From a virus (taxonomy: Duplodnaviria > Heunggongvirae > Uroviricota > Caudoviricetes): 64,000 nt of DNA. Positions 1 through 9,982 of the stretch are shown in pieces; position 1 is the stretch's first letter; each line of letters begins with the position of its first letter. The notes under the pieces are model-generated. The model made no database searches. It was given only the letters and a program-made list of their open reading frames with translations, and was not told where the DNA came from. Location of the stretch: IMG/VR virus record IMGVR_UViG_2724679073_000003; one strand, written 5' to 3'. Position numbers and translations under genes: made by a program.

Positions 1-1349
1 GTATGCCGACACGGGAGATCCCCGGCGCAATTGCCAACTATTTCATGATAACCAGGCGTTTTTATACCCGAACAGATAAGGCTGTGATCAACAAGCTACT
101 GATAGCCGAGATCAGGGATTATTTGATTGAACAAGGACGTCTACGTTACGCAACAGTGGCAGCAGAAATGAGAAAGGAGGCACATAGAATGACCAGTAAT
201 AATTTGAATGTTAAAAAACCAGCATCTGTTGCTTCAGCTACGCCATCACCAGCTGTGAATGTTATCTCCAACACTGGAGATACAATCGACAGCCAGACGC
301 TGTTAAAGATGGTCAATGAAGCGCGTAAGTTATGTGGGGAACCAGAGGTTCGGAACAACAAATTCATCGAAAAAATACTCGACGAATTAGAAGGTGAGGA
401 CGGTTACACAAAAAGTGCAACCGTGCCGCCAGGTGGCGGTACGCCTATGGTTGTCATAACCATGACCTACAAACAAGCCCTGCGAGTTGCCGCGCGCGAG
501 TCAAAAGCGGTCCGCCGTTCGCTACATACCATGATTCAGGCATTGGAACCTATAAATGTTGAAAATCATCCTGATGAAATTCCCGTTCTGGAATGGCAGG
601 GAGTACGCGTCGTGACAACCGAGACTCTTGCTAGAGGGTATGGCACTACACCTACTCGTATTCAGCAGAACTACAATCGCAATGAAGAACGATTTGTAGA
701 GGGTAAACACTTCTTTAAAATCAAAGGAGATGAGATAAAAAGTTTGCGACTATCTTTTAGCGAGTTGCAAATTTCCCCCAAGACCAGATCCTTAATACTC
801 TGGACCGAACGCGGAGCGGCACGCATGTCTAAGATCGTAGACACAGAGCAAGCGTGGGCATTCTTTGAAAAACTGGAAGACAGCTACTTCCGGCAAAAAG
901 AACAGCAACCGGTCGCAATCCCCCAGACGCTTCCCGAAGCTCTGCGCCTGGCTGCCGAGCTGGCTGAACAAAAGCAGCTACTGGAACAGAAAACCCACCA
1001 GCTAAATCAACAGCTGGTGGCCGCAGCCCCTAAAGTCGATTTTGCCGACCGGGTATCAGCGGCTAATGGAATCCTGATCGGGAACTTTGCAAAGGTCGTT
1101 GGACTTAAGCAAAACGCCCTTTTCTCATGGTTGCGCCAGAACGGCATTCTCATGGCTTTTGGTGCGCGCAAAAACGTACCGCGCCAGCAGTACATTAACG
1201 CCGGGTATTTCACGGTGAAAGAAGTGGTGCTGGATGATGAAAATGGCTACCAGATACGGCTGACGCCCCAATTAACGGGTAAAGGCCAGCAGTGGTTAAC
1301 TCGCAAGCTACTTGATGCTGGTTTGTTAAAACCAGTAGCAATAGGTTAA
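1..1349 (+). CDS. ant: Antirepressor Ant (immI-type), 5'-truncated at window edge, KilAC-type C-terminal domain
   Basis: ORF 3..1349 open to window start; N-terminal TREIPGAIANYFMI aligns to about residue 25 of the ant copy at 50294; C-terminal ~170 aa nearly identical to that copy; lies directly upstream of kilA-repL. Confidence 0.75.
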   Translation, partial: MPTREIPGAIANYFMITRRFYTRTDKAVINKLLIAEIRDYLIEQGRLRYATVAAEMRKEAHRMTSNNLNVKKPASVASATPSPAVNVISNTGDTIDSQTLLKMVNEARKLCGEPEVRNNKFIEKILDELEGEDGYTKSATVPPGGGTPMVVITMTYKQALRVAARESKAVRRSLHTMIQALEPINVENHPDEIPVLEWQGVRVVTTETLARGYGTTPTRIQQNYNRNEERFVEGKHFFKIKGDEIKSLRLSFSELQISPKTRSLILWTERGAARMSKIVDTEQAWAFFEKLEDSYFRQKEQQPVAIPQTLPEALRLAAELAEQKQLLEQKTHQLNQQLVAAAPKVDFADRVSAANGILIGNFAKVVGLKQNALFSWLRQNGILMAFGARKNVPRQQYINAGYFTVKEVVLDDENGYQIRLTPQLTGKGQQWLTRKLLDAGLLKPVAIG

Positions 1350-1362
1350 CAAAAGAAAAAAA

Positions 1363-1386
1363 CCTGCCAGCAAACTGGCAGGTTTC
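1363..1386 (+). terminator. Rho-independent terminator after ant
   Basis: Hairpin CCTGCCAG-CAAA-CTGGCAGG followed by TTTCT. Confidence 0.55.
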
Positions 1387-1427
1387 TGAGCAGATCGTCC
1401 AACCCGATCTGGATCGAGTCAGAAAAA

Positions 1428-1444
1428 TTTGCTCTAATAAATTT
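1428..1444 (+). promoter_or_regulatory. C1 operator upstream of kilA (Op53-like)
   Basis: TTTGCTCTAATAAATTT matches 16/17 of the P1 C1 operator consensus ATTGCTCTAATAAATTT; 70 bp upstream of kilA start. Confidence 0.7.
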
Positions 1445-1513
1445 CGTTTTCTAAGTGCAAAGAATCACCATTTCGAGCTGGTGATTGAAGGTTGATGCAA
1501 ATTTGGAGAAAAA

Positions 1514-2314
1514 ATGCAACAAACATTCAATGCGGATATGAATATATCAAACCTTCATCAAAATGTCGATCCTTCAACCACTCTGCCCGTTATTTGTGGT
1601 GTTGAAATTACGACCGACCGCGCTGGCCGTTACAACCTTAATGCTCTACACAGAGCGAGCGGACTCGGTGCCCATAAAGCGCCAGCTCAATGGCTAAGAA
1701 CGCTGTCAGCAAAACAGCTCATCGAAGAGCTTGAAAAAGAAACTATGCAGAATTGCATAGTTTCGTTCGAAGGCCGTGGCGGCGGCACTTTTGCCCATGA
1801 ATTGCTCGCTGTGGAGTACGCAGGCTGGATTTCTCCCGCGTTTCGGCTGAAGGTAAACCAGACATTTATCGACTATCGAGCCGGAAGATTACAACCTGCT
1901 ATTCCGCAGAGTCTCCCTGAAGCTCTCCGTTTGGCTGCCGACCTGGCAGAGCAAAAGCAACGGCTGGAGCAAAAAATGCTTATGGATGCACCTAAAGTCG
2001 AATTCGCCGAACGCGTTGCTACCGCCAGCGGGGTTCTAATCGGCAACTATGCCAAAGTGCTCGGCCTGGGCCAAAACTATCTCTTCACCTGGTTGCGTGA
2101 TAACGGAATTCTGATCGCAACCGGTGAACGCAGGAACGTCCCCAAACAAGAATACATATCCCGTGGGTATTTCACCCTTAAAGAAACCGTGATCGATACA
2201 AGCAATGGAAGCAGGATTTCTTTCACGACTCGTATAACCGGCAAAGGTCAGCAGTGGCTGATGAAGCGATTGCTTGATGCTGGTGTGCTGGTACCTGTCG
2301 CGGCAACGCGCTAA
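1514..2314 (+). CDS. kilA: KilA (KilA-N domain plus KilAC C-terminal domain), 266 aa
   Basis: Length matches P1 KilA; C-terminal region homologous to Ant C-termini; RBS GGAGAAAAA before ATG; followed by repL. Confidence 0.85.
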   Translation: MQQTFNADMNISNLHQNVDPSTTLPVICGVEITTDRAGRYNLNALHRASGLGAHKAPAQWLRTLSAKQLIEELEKETMQNCIVSFEGRGGGTFAHELLAVEYAGWISPAFRLKVNQTFIDYRAGRLQPAIPQSLPEALRLAADLAEQKQRLEQKMLMDAPKVEFAERVATASGVLIGNYAKVLGLGQNYLFTWLRDNGILIATGERRNVPKQEYISRGYFTLKETVIDTSNGSRISFTTRITGKGQQWLMKRLLDAGVLVPVAATR

Positions 2315-2343
2315 CAGACGTAGTAAGAACCACCAGCATTGTA

Positions 2344-3189
2344 ATGCTGGCTAAAGTCACTTTCCTGAGCTGTATAACGATGAGCGATTTTACTTTTTCT
2401 GGCTATGAATTGGCCTGCTTTGTAACACACTCCGGTCTATCCCGTAGCGCCGGGCATATCCTGTCGCAATGTGCAAATCTAGCGGCAACAACCAGTGAAT
2501 ACTTCATTCACAAGCCTCACCGCCTGATCGCGGCAGAAACTGGTTATAGCCAATCAACCGTCGTTCGTGCATTCCGTGAAGCTGTAAACAAAGGAATTCT
2601 GTCTGTAGAGATTGTTATCGGCGATCACCGTGAACGTCGCGCTAACCTGTACCGGTTTACGCCATCCTTTTTGGCCTTCGCACAACAAGCCAAAAATGCG
2701 CTGATTGAAAGCAAATTAAAGATCTCTTCAGCGGCAACCAAGGTTAAAGCTGTTCTCGCTAAGACATTGGCTTTATTTAATTTTTTATCCACACCCCCAT
2801 GTCAAAATGATACCCCCTCCCCCTGTCAGGATGACGTGGCAATAAAGAATAAGAAGTCACAAGTTAAAAAAACAAAAAGATCAGTTTCCGGCGGTGCCGG
2901 AACGAGCAGACTCAAAAAATTGACTTCATGGATCGCTGAGGCAAAAGCAAAGGCTGACAATCTGCGGTTATCCAAAAAACGCGCTCAAAAACATGAGTTC
3001 AAGCAGAAAGTAGAGGCGGCAGCGCGGAAATATGCTTACCTGAAGGACAAGCGTTCTCCTGATATTGGCGGGATATCAAACCTCGATAATCTGCCGCATT
3101 GCATGACGGTAAACGAAGCTCTTAATGCGGTTTTAGCCAAAAATAAAGATAACGAACAATGGGGTATACCGGCAGGATTCAGAGGGTGA
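2344..3189 (+). CDS. repL: RepL lytic replication initiator, 281 aa (oriL expected inside)
   Basis: Position downstream of kilA, length identical to P1 RepL, basic lysine-rich C-terminal half. Confidence 0.8.
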   Translation: MLAKVTFLSCITMSDFTFSGYELACFVTHSGLSRSAGHILSQCANLAATTSEYFIHKPHRLIAAETGYSQSTVVRAFREAVNKGILSVEIVIGDHRERRANLYRFTPSFLAFAQQAKNALIESKLKISSAATKVKAVLAKTLALFNFLSTPPCQNDTPSPCQDDVAIKNKKSQVKKTKRSVSGGAGTSRLKKLTSWIAEAKAKADNLRLSKKRAQKHEFKQKVEAAARKYAYLKDKRSPDIGGISNLDNLPHCMTVNEALNAVLAKNKDNEQWGIPAGFRG

Positions 3190-3239
3190 TAGATTGCTCT
3201 AATCTGGAGTCACCTGGCGTTTTCAGTTTGAGGTCGGAG

Positions 3240-3485
3240 ATGCAATCTGATTTTTTACAGTTAGCGATCGCTTTTGCAGGATATGTTTGTATTGGCTTCT
3301 GTGTATACATGATCAGCCGAAAAATGCTTGTCGATATCGACCGCAAAGAACGAGCAGAGGAGATCTTAGTATGGATTTTCTTTGGCGCGGTCTGGCCATT
3401 AGGGATCATGTTTGCTGCAACATTTCTTCTGATGTGGATATTCACCCTTCCAGGTGATTTCTATAGAAAAAAAGCCAGACATTGA
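3240..3485 (+). CDS. Small membrane protein (two hydrophobic helices)
   Basis: RBS GAGGTCGGAG before ATG at 3240; hydrophobic stretches LAIAFAGYVCIGFCVYMI and ILVWIFFGAVWPLGIMFAATFLLMWIF. Confidence 0.45.
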   Translation: MQSDFLQLAIAFAGYVCIGFCVYMISRKMLVDIDRKERAEEILVWIFFGAVWPLGIMFAATFLLMWIFTLPGDFYRKKARH

Positions 3486-3509
3486 TACAATCGTTGCGGG
3501 TGCTTGAGG

Positions 3510-3544
3510 CTATCTGCTTCAGGCATTACCCGAAAAGCAGATAG
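3510..3544. terminator. Convergent hairpin between + and - operons
   Basis: 10-bp stem CTATCTGCTT / AAGCAGATAG with 15-nt loop. Confidence 0.45.
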
Positions 3545-3667
3545 AAGAAAGCCCCAGATAACATTACGCGTCCTGCAAGACGCTTAACATTAATCTGAGG
3601 CCATATCTATGCTTAGCATACGTAGATTAACCCTCTCCCCTTTTAAGGAGCAAGGAATTTTTTACTG

Positions 3668-4264
3668 CTATGCCGCATTTCCAATTATGGATTCAGCGAC
3701 CAGAACAACCCCATGCTTACTTCGATCTGGGTGTTCACTCCATATCTCGGATTCAGGAATACTTACCCCGTCATAGCAAACACGTTCGCCGTCAAACGGG
3801 TAATACTGAGCGGCATCGGTGTCAAGGATAAACACTTTTAGCTCGGAAGAGCGACGGGCGATGTGTTGCCAAAGAGCTTTTCCACCTTCGTATTGCTCAT
3901 TATCACTGAGCAAAACAACACCAGCTTTTGAGGCTACGGTTTCGTAAACAAAAGTAGCTAAACCGACATCCCGGACGGTTCCATCAACCACGATACCTTC
4001 AATCTGGGCAACATCGCTATCCTCCCAGAACTTCCTTACCAGTACGCCTTCAAGCAGCGGGCGACGTTGAAGTTCAAGAGTAGCGACAACCTTATGGCGC
4101 ATATCACCATCGATAATAGAAGGCGCAGCCTCTATTACAGCTGCAAATGGGGTTTTGGAATCCCATATAACCTGGTAAAGAACACCTTGGATGGTAACTC
4201 CGTCCAGGATCGAAAATCGACGAGCGACAGTACCCGGGGAGTACGACATTGGAATCACAGCCAT
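3668..4264 (-). CDS. Hypothetical protein (structural/morphogenetic block)
   Basis: ORF with RBS AGGGGGAC upstream of internal ATG at 4264; last gene of the leftward head-tail operon. Confidence 0.5.
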   Translation of the reverse strand: MAVIPMSYSPGTVARRFSILDGVTIQGVLYQVIWDSKTPFAAVIEAAPSIIDGDMRHKVVATLELQRRPLLEGVLVRKFWEDSDVAQIEGIVVDGTVRDVGLATFVYETVASKAGVVLLSDNEQYEGGKALWQHIARRSSELKVFILDTDAAQYYPFDGERVCYDGVSIPESEIWSEHPDRSKHGVVLVAESIIGNAA

Positions 4265-4435
4265 TTTAGAGTCCCCCTTTAACAGTACAGGCACAAACAG
4301 CTACCTCAATAATTGTAGTTTATTAGAACATTAATAATCTAACATAAAACTCCAGACAATGTTATCGATGCATGTTTATATAAAATAGTTATAAAAAAAG
4401 CTCCCGAAGGAGCTTTAAAATACAAGGGATGACTC

Positions 4436-4945
4436 TTAATCCCACTCAATCCAGTTGTAGACGATACGAAGTGACGGGCGCACAGCGGCAGTCACATCTT
4501 CGGTACTAAAGTCGATTGCATCACTGTAGATTTTGCAGTCCAACATTTCAATTGTTGTAGCAGCTTTTGTCACAGCGTTAACCCCGGAAGATTTGGATTC
4601 AGGGGTCGCAGCCATCGTGATATCAACATAGTCCTTCGCCGCAATGCGATCTTTAATGAACTGAAGAATATCGCCTTCGATAGTCTCCACGCACTGGACC
4701 TGGATTTCCCCGGAGTTACGGATTGGACCGTGCTGGTTGAACTTCACACCATTTGGGCCATAGTCCTCCACATCCTCGCGGGTCATTTCAGGGATTTGCG
4801 ACGTGCGAACCAGTACGCTGATATCTTCATAGCCTGCAAAAGTGAGCTGGAATTCAGAAGATACCAGTCGTTCGCCTTTGGCCGCGTTGGCAGTATAGCG
4901 GCCCTTAATAAATTTACGGTTTCCCTTAGTGTTATTGTGCCCCAT
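4436..4945 (-). CDS. Putative tail tube protein (T4 gp19-like by length and C-terminal pattern)
   Basis: 169 aa; C-terminal ...IVYNWIEWD resembles the T4 gp19 C-terminus; sits in sheath/tube neighbourhood. Confidence 0.4.
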   Translation of the reverse strand: MGHNNTKGNRKFIKGRYTANAAKGERLVSSEFQLTFAGYEDISVLVRTSQIPEMTREDVEDYGPNGVKFNQHGPIRNSGEIQVQCVETIEGDILQFIKDRIAAKDYVDITMAATPESKSSGVNAVTKAATTIEMLDCKIYSDAIDFSTEDVTAAVRPSLRIVYNWIEWD

Positions 4946-4956
4946 ATAAAATCCTT

Positions 4957-5538
4957 TTACTGGAACGCCCGAACAATATCGGAGCTGTTATATATCGAAG
5001 AACCGGTCAACTGGAGGTTGACGGTGTTTTTCAGGAAATATCCATTACTGTCCCTTGGCGCATCGAGATCAAAACTTAAGTCCTGGATGGCGACATCGGT
5101 GATGTTGATCCGGCGACCAATGTTTAGCGTCACGCGCTCCGGGATTCGACCACCAACATTGGCCGCTTTTAGTTCCGGGCTAATCATGGCTGTCAACGCG
5201 GCGATAGCGCCTGAAACTTCAATGAATGGATTGTTCAAAGCAATGAAAGTTACGGGCAGCGTGAACGTCGGCGGAGTCCCCCCTTCCCAAACCATTAAGC
5301 TATTCCAACGGGCAACAGACGTTGTTTCAGTACCTACTTGCACAAAACCACCCAGAGCACCAGAAACAGATCCCATGGACATACCGGTAAATGGCGCTTC
5401 CCAATTCTGGGCCATGTTCATTGCCGCTCCCTGGCTGATATATCCGGTAACCTGGTACTGAGAGTTCGTTAAAGTAACTTTCAGATATGGCGATACACCG
5501 TCAGCCTGGCTGTAAACCCCATAAGCTATAGGAGCCAT
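4957..5538 (-). CDS. Hypothetical tail/virion protein
   Basis: 193-aa ORF, Gly/Ser/Thr-rich beta-type composition, co-oriented in structural operon. Confidence 0.45.
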   Translation of the reverse strand: MAPIAYGVYSQADGVSPYLKVTLTNSQYQVTGYISQGAAMNMAQNWEAPFTGMSMGSVSGALGGFVQVGTETTSVARWNSLMVWEGGTPPTFTLPVTFIALNNPFIEVSGAIAALTAMISPELKAANVGGRIPERVTLNIGRRINITDVAIQDLSFDLDAPRDSNGYFLKNTVNLQLTGSSIYNSSDIVRAFQ

Positions 5539-5573
5539 TCAAGTTAAAGGCCGGAGTTCTCCGGCCCCCTCCT

Positions 5574-6389
5574 TTAGCCAAGGCGCTTACGGCGCAGTTT
5601 CATTGACTTTTTGCGGGCAAGTTTTGCCGCGCCGGTCTGGGCTTTTCGACGCGCTTTTTTCAGCGCCGATTTTTGAGCCGCAGTCAGACGTTTTTTACGC
5701 AGGCGTTTACGGATGAGTTTGATCTCACCGTTACGAACAACCTTCTTAAATGCTTCAGTCAGCATTTCATCAGAAGTGCCAGCAACAACAAACGCCGCTT
5801 CCAGTTCGTCACGGTCGTCGCTATCTAAACCAGCGATAGAGGCACCAACATCAGCAGCAGCGTCGTCGTCTTCATCGTCAGCCAGTGCTTCGATCAGGTC
5901 ATCATCTACACCGCATGCTGCGAGGAAGTCAGCAACATTTGCCCATGCTTCGTTATAGGCATCGTCCTGTTCTTCTGTAACTTCGGAGTCGTCGTCATCA
6001 GAGATACCAGCGATAGCCTGAACGAAACCATCAAGGGAGTCGAAAGTCAGATCACCGCTATCAGCCCAGGAGAAAACGGCGTCGGCCGCATCACTCAACG
6101 CATTCTGCATAGCACTTCGATTTGCAGCTTCCAGAATCATCTGGTGCGCCTGTTCGACGGTCCATTCTTTACCGTCTTTCCCTTCCAGGATTTGCTCTGG
6201 AGCCGGGGCAGATGGAACGTTATCGTTAGTCTGTGCCGCCGGTTCCGGATTATTATTAATAACCGGATCTGTTGGCGGTTCGGCGCTTGCTCGGGCAGAC
6301 TCCATCAGCTGCACAGGATCAGAGTTCAAAGCGAAACGGGACAGTCCATTCCCCAAAAATGCCCCGGATTGAAAAAAGTTTTTGCTCAT
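5574..6389 (-). CDS. Highly acidic protein with polybasic C-terminal tail
   Basis: Asp/Glu-rich core (DDDDSEVTEEQDD, ADDEDDDAAAD) and C-terminus KLIRKRLRKKRLTAAQKSALKKARRKAQTGAAKLARKKSMKLRRKRLG. Confidence 0.55.
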   Translation of the reverse strand: MSKNFFQSGAFLGNGLSRFALNSDPVQLMESARASAEPPTDPVINNNPEPAAQTNDNVPSAPAPEQILEGKDGKEWTVEQAHQMILEAANRSAMQNALSDAADAVFSWADSGDLTFDSLDGFVQAIAGISDDDDSEVTEEQDDAYNEAWANVADFLAACGVDDDLIEALADDEDDDAAADVGASIAGLDSDDRDELEAAFVVAGTSDEMLTEAFKKVVRNGEIKLIRKRLRKKRLTAAQKSALKKARRKAQTGAAKLARKKSMKLRRKRLG

Positions 6390-6398
6390 TGTATTCCC

Positions 6399-7988
6399 TT
6401 ACTTAATAAGCAGCGGTACGCCCTGGATACGACGGGCTACGCCAGTCGGGCAGCAGGCCCAGACTACTTCCCATTTATCGAATTCCGCCTGCGTAACTTT
6501 CAGCACATACGGTTCTGTACCGTCAGCATCAGGATCACGAGGAGCCACCAGAGCGCCGGAGGCGACAAAGCGATCTAAAAGTTTGGTCATCCCTTTAGTC
6601 AGGCCAGCCGCAGTAATACCGTCCGGGCTATGCTTCATCTGTCGGGCTAACTGGACAAAGAAACGGCTGATTGCATTCATCAGGGATGGGACGTGCTGGA
6701 AGTGCAGATAGTTATCCTGCGTGCAGCAAGTTAAAGCATCGTCGATGATCATCTGGCCAGAGGTGCCAACAGATACTTTATTGAGACGGCCCTTGACCAT
6801 TGCTTCTTCGTCCGGGGTATCTTCCGGATACAGCGGTTGAATTGACGCACGAGCAATGACGGCACGTTCTTCACCAGCCGGTGAGTAATGCCAACCGCCG
6901 ACATCAGAGTTTTTCTTGACGCCACGAGCTTTCGCCGCATACGCCGCGCCAGACAGACCGAAGACCACACGGGATTGGGTCCATTTGTCTTTGCAGGAGA
7001 ACGGGAAGTGATAGACAGCACAGCTTACATAATCGGTACCAAGTAAACCGGTATCTTCAACAGCAGAGAGCGCTTCCGTATACGTCAATGTCGGTTTGAC
7101 ATCAAAGAAGCCATCAATCAGGCGATCAGAACAGATATTACCTAACGCGGTGATCGCCGCATTGTCATAGCAACCCAGGCCGAGAACAGCGGTGTACATG
7201 TACGGCGCATTATTCAGCACTTTAACCGCACGCAGGTACGCAGCGGTTGAGATTTTCGACTGATCGCCGTTGGTACCGCCAGTGAACGCCAACGATTTTT
7301 TGTTTGTTACTTTCGCTGTCGAAATCAGCTCTTCATTAACAACCGCGCGCAGATATTTAGAACGGGCTTCCAGAGCCGTAGGCAGATAACACAAGCGGCC
7401 CATGTCATCTTTCGCTTCTTCCGCCAAAGACACAGTGTGTGTCTCCAGGGTCGTTACCACGCCGAGCGAAGTCGTCTGGGTCAGTTTTAAGAGGAAGCGT
7501 TCATTACCCGCGCTGTCCGCTGTTGCCGTTTCGATGGTTAACTCACGGGTAGGTGAAATACACGGATCACCATCATCAACGTAGATAGCAAAGGCTTCGC
7601 CACTATCAAGTTCAATTTCAGAACCGTATGGCAACGCACTGTAAGCCGGTTCGCCTGATTCATCGAACATAATAATCGGGAACTTCGCATCATCCGGAAC
7701 AGCGCGAACAACATAACCAGACGTTTGCTGAATAGCTTCGTATACATGGCGAATTGGTTCGAACTGTGAGCCGGAAGACGGCTTCAGCGGTTCGCCGAGA
7801 ACATCTTCGTAATTGGACTCAGTAACCGCAAGAACAGTAAACGGCTTGCCACGCGCAAATACGCCAATACCAGCCCATAAGCTGCTATTTAATGCAACAC
7901 CGGTAGATAACGTCGCATCGGCATTGATCGGGCTAACCGCGACGCCGGATGCATTACCTAATGACTGTTGAATTGAATATTGAGACAT
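6399..7988 (-). CDS. Putative tail sheath protein (P1 gene 22 position), 529 aa
   Basis: Size about 57 kDa and position between capsid gene and tube-like genes, as in the P1 21-22-23 block. Confidence 0.5.
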   Translation of the reverse strand: MSQYSIQQSLGNASGVAVSPINADATLSTGVALNSSLWAGIGVFARGKPFTVLAVTESNYEDVLGEPLKPSSGSQFEPIRHVYEAIQQTSGYVVRAVPDDAKFPIIMFDESGEPAYSALPYGSEIELDSGEAFAIYVDDGDPCISPTRELTIETATADSAGNERFLLKLTQTTSLGVVTTLETHTVSLAEEAKDDMGRLCYLPTALEARSKYLRAVVNEELISTAKVTNKKSLAFTGGTNGDQSKISTAAYLRAVKVLNNAPYMYTAVLGLGCYDNAAITALGNICSDRLIDGFFDVKPTLTYTEALSAVEDTGLLGTDYVSCAVYHFPFSCKDKWTQSRVVFGLSGAAYAAKARGVKKNSDVGGWHYSPAGEERAVIARASIQPLYPEDTPDEEAMVKGRLNKVSVGTSGQMIIDDALTCCTQDNYLHFQHVPSLMNAISRFFVQLARQMKHSPDGITAAGLTKGMTKLLDRFVASGALVAPRDPDADGTEPYVLKVTQAEFDKWEVVWACCPTGVARRIQGVPLLIK

Positions 7989-8048
7989 AACTTTCCCTGT
8001 TATGCGCCCCGCACGGGGGCGCTATGTTAAACGGAGAACTTCCCCTGA

Positions 8049-9776
8049 TTACTCAGAGTCACCGGCATCAATCGTGTCGCCGCTAATGAAGTTAAGCCCG
8101 CCTTTTTTGGCCATTGTCAGCGTTACACGAGTGAAGTAATCAGCGCCGTTGCGTGGGTGCATATCGTTGATAGCCGAACCCCACAGCGTGGTACGGTTGA
8201 CCAGCGCCGGAGTGGTCGGATGCTGGAACGGGATGGCCGGGACAGCATCACCAGTCACGAAGCCTGCTTTACCTGGATTTTCATCACGGACGTAGCACAG
8301 CACATCCATCGAGCTGAACTGAATGTTCTCTGTCGTTAAGTTCTTACAAATACCAGCAGGTACTTCGTACACTTTCACGTTACCGAACAGGGTACCGATG
8401 TAGTGAACATACGGAGTCTGGATATAGTCTTCGGCTGGCTGGAAGAAATCCTTCGGCAACTGTTTGAAGAAAGATGCTGCATCAGCACCAGCAAACATCC
8501 CCATCGCACCAGAAGATTTAACGCGCTCAATAATGTCGCGATATACAGTCTGGAATTTGCCACGAATGATGGTTGCCCATACATCAAAGGACTGGTTAAC
8601 CGGCAGAGCGATGTCAAAGGTGTCGGTCGCAAGAGTGCGCCAGATCATGATGCGAAGACGCAGCATATCCTGTTCATGAGACAGGTATTCCTTCAGGGTG
8701 CGGAACTGTAGGGAACCCAGGTCCAGACCAAATTCACGCTGTGCTTCATACGCCGCCTGTACCGTGTGCTCAGCCGCGATAACGAACTGACTTGGGAACA
8801 GGGTGTATTTCTTCATTTCGTGGTTGATCAGCGGGATCAGCTCAGGAGCGGCTTCAATATTGATTTCCGTCTCAATTGCGATCTCAGTGCCTTTATCCGG
8901 CGCTTTGGAGAACGACAGGGCAATCTGACCAATGTTGTAGTTCAGAGAGCAGGTAACAGTGATTTGCTCACCAGCAGCATTAGTAAACGAGTGAAGTAGG
9001 CTGCCGGAACCGTTATCAACAACAGACTTAATACGGTTAACGTAGATGTTAGTGCGACCTTTTCGGATTGGTACATTCTGGCCTTCGAAGTCTTCCATCT
9101 TGAAGGTTGCGGTTTTGCTGGTGCCATCGGAGCTTGCCACCAGCACATAGCGGCGACGTAACTGGCTGTACACACCGACGGATTGCATGTCCAGAACATC
9201 ACCAGCAGCATAAGAACCAAAAGAGGAACCTGCCACGTTAAAGACTTCATAGATGTCGGACTGGTCACGCGTAACCGGAATGAAGGTACACGCATCAGCG
9301 GTAGCTGCCCCCAACTGAACAGGCAGGATCATCGCGAGGAATAAAGGCAGACGCATAACACCGTCAGAAACGCTCATCATCTCTGCTGCGACGGATTCCA
9401 GCATCGCTTTATTAGTGGCATCCATGCTATTGCGGGTGGACTCAATCAGGCAGTTTTCCAGCGTCTGGTGGCAGGAGGCCAGAATTTCCGGACGCGGCAT
9501 AGATTTATGTGCTGCGGCGTAGTCAGCCAGTGCACTTGCCCACGCTGTAGCGATTTGAGCGGTGGCATTATCAGAGATACCCGCAAAAACCGGGTCTTTA
9601 CGTGCAGCTTCAAGGATAGATGCGGCACGCGCGGCATCATCTTTAATGAATTGGTTATCAGTACCGAACTGCGCAGTGCTTGCCCAGCCAAGCACAGCTT
9701 TAGAGCGTTTTGCGATATCTGCAATACGATTCTGGTATTCGCGTAAGTTACTCAATTTACTCTTCCTTAAACACAA
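8049..9776 (-). CDS. Putative major head protein (P1 gene 23 position), 575 aa
   Basis: Large structural ORF immediately adjacent to parS, as gene 23 is in P1; size about 62 kDa. Confidence 0.45.
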   Translation of the reverse strand: MCLRKSKLSNLREYQNRIADIAKRSKAVLGWASTAQFGTDNQFIKDDAARAASILEAARKDPVFAGISDNATAQIATAWASALADYAAAHKSMPRPEILASCHQTLENCLIESTRNSMDATNKAMLESVAAEMMSVSDGVMRLPLFLAMILPVQLGAATADACTFIPVTRDQSDIYEVFNVAGSSFGSYAAGDVLDMQSVGVYSQLRRRYVLVASSDGTSKTATFKMEDFEGQNVPIRKGRTNIYVNRIKSVVDNGSGSLLHSFTNAAGEQITVTCSLNYNIGQIALSFSKAPDKGTEIAIETEINIEAAPELIPLINHEMKKYTLFPSQFVIAAEHTVQAAYEAQREFGLDLGSLQFRTLKEYLSHEQDMLRLRIMIWRTLATDTFDIALPVNQSFDVWATIIRGKFQTVYRDIIERVKSSGAMGMFAGADAASFFKQLPKDFFQPAEDYIQTPYVHYIGTLFGNVKVYEVPAGICKNLTTENIQFSSMDVLCYVRDENPGKAGFVTGDAVPAIPFQHPTTPALVNRTTLWGSAINDMHPRNGADYFTRVTLTMAKKGGLNFISGDTIDAGDSE

Positions 9777-9814
9777 GGCACTTGTGTGAATCCCTTTTCG
9801 GAAGAGATTTTATT

Positions 9815-9835
9815 GAAAGTCACTTGTTGACTTTC
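9815..9835 (-). promoter_or_regulatory. Perfect palindrome GAAAGTCA-N5-TGACTTTC upstream of the head/tail operon (candidate Lpa-dependent late promoter element)
   Basis: 8-bp inverted repeat about 40 bp upstream of the gene-23 start, followed in transcription direction by AATAAAAT -10-like box. Confidence 0.35.
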
Positions 9836-9889
9836 TCGTGACAAGCAATTTTTTTATTTTTTTCGGGAGTAGGGGAGGAAGGTAAAATC

Positions 9890-9982
9890 CAAGGTGAAAT
9901 CGTGGCGATTTCACCTTGAAATTTTAGAGAGATTTACTTTAAAAACAGTAGGTTAATAGTGAAATTTGAATGGCGAAAGTTT
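9890..9982. other. parS: parS partition site (ParB box A heptamers ATTTCAC and box B hexamers TCGCCA)
   Basis: GTGAAATCGTGGCGATTTCAC ... TAGTGAAATTTGAATGGCGAAAG directly downstream of parB stop. Confidence 0.75.

Noticed and set aside
7995-8015. GC hairpin GCGCCCCGCACGGGGGCGC between head and sheath genes as a terminator
   Set aside because: No U-run follows on the transcribed strand; more likely an intra-operon stem-loop.
8157-9789. Antisense and alternative-frame ORFs inside the putative head gene
   Set aside because: Fully nested in the 575-aa ORF, no independent signals.
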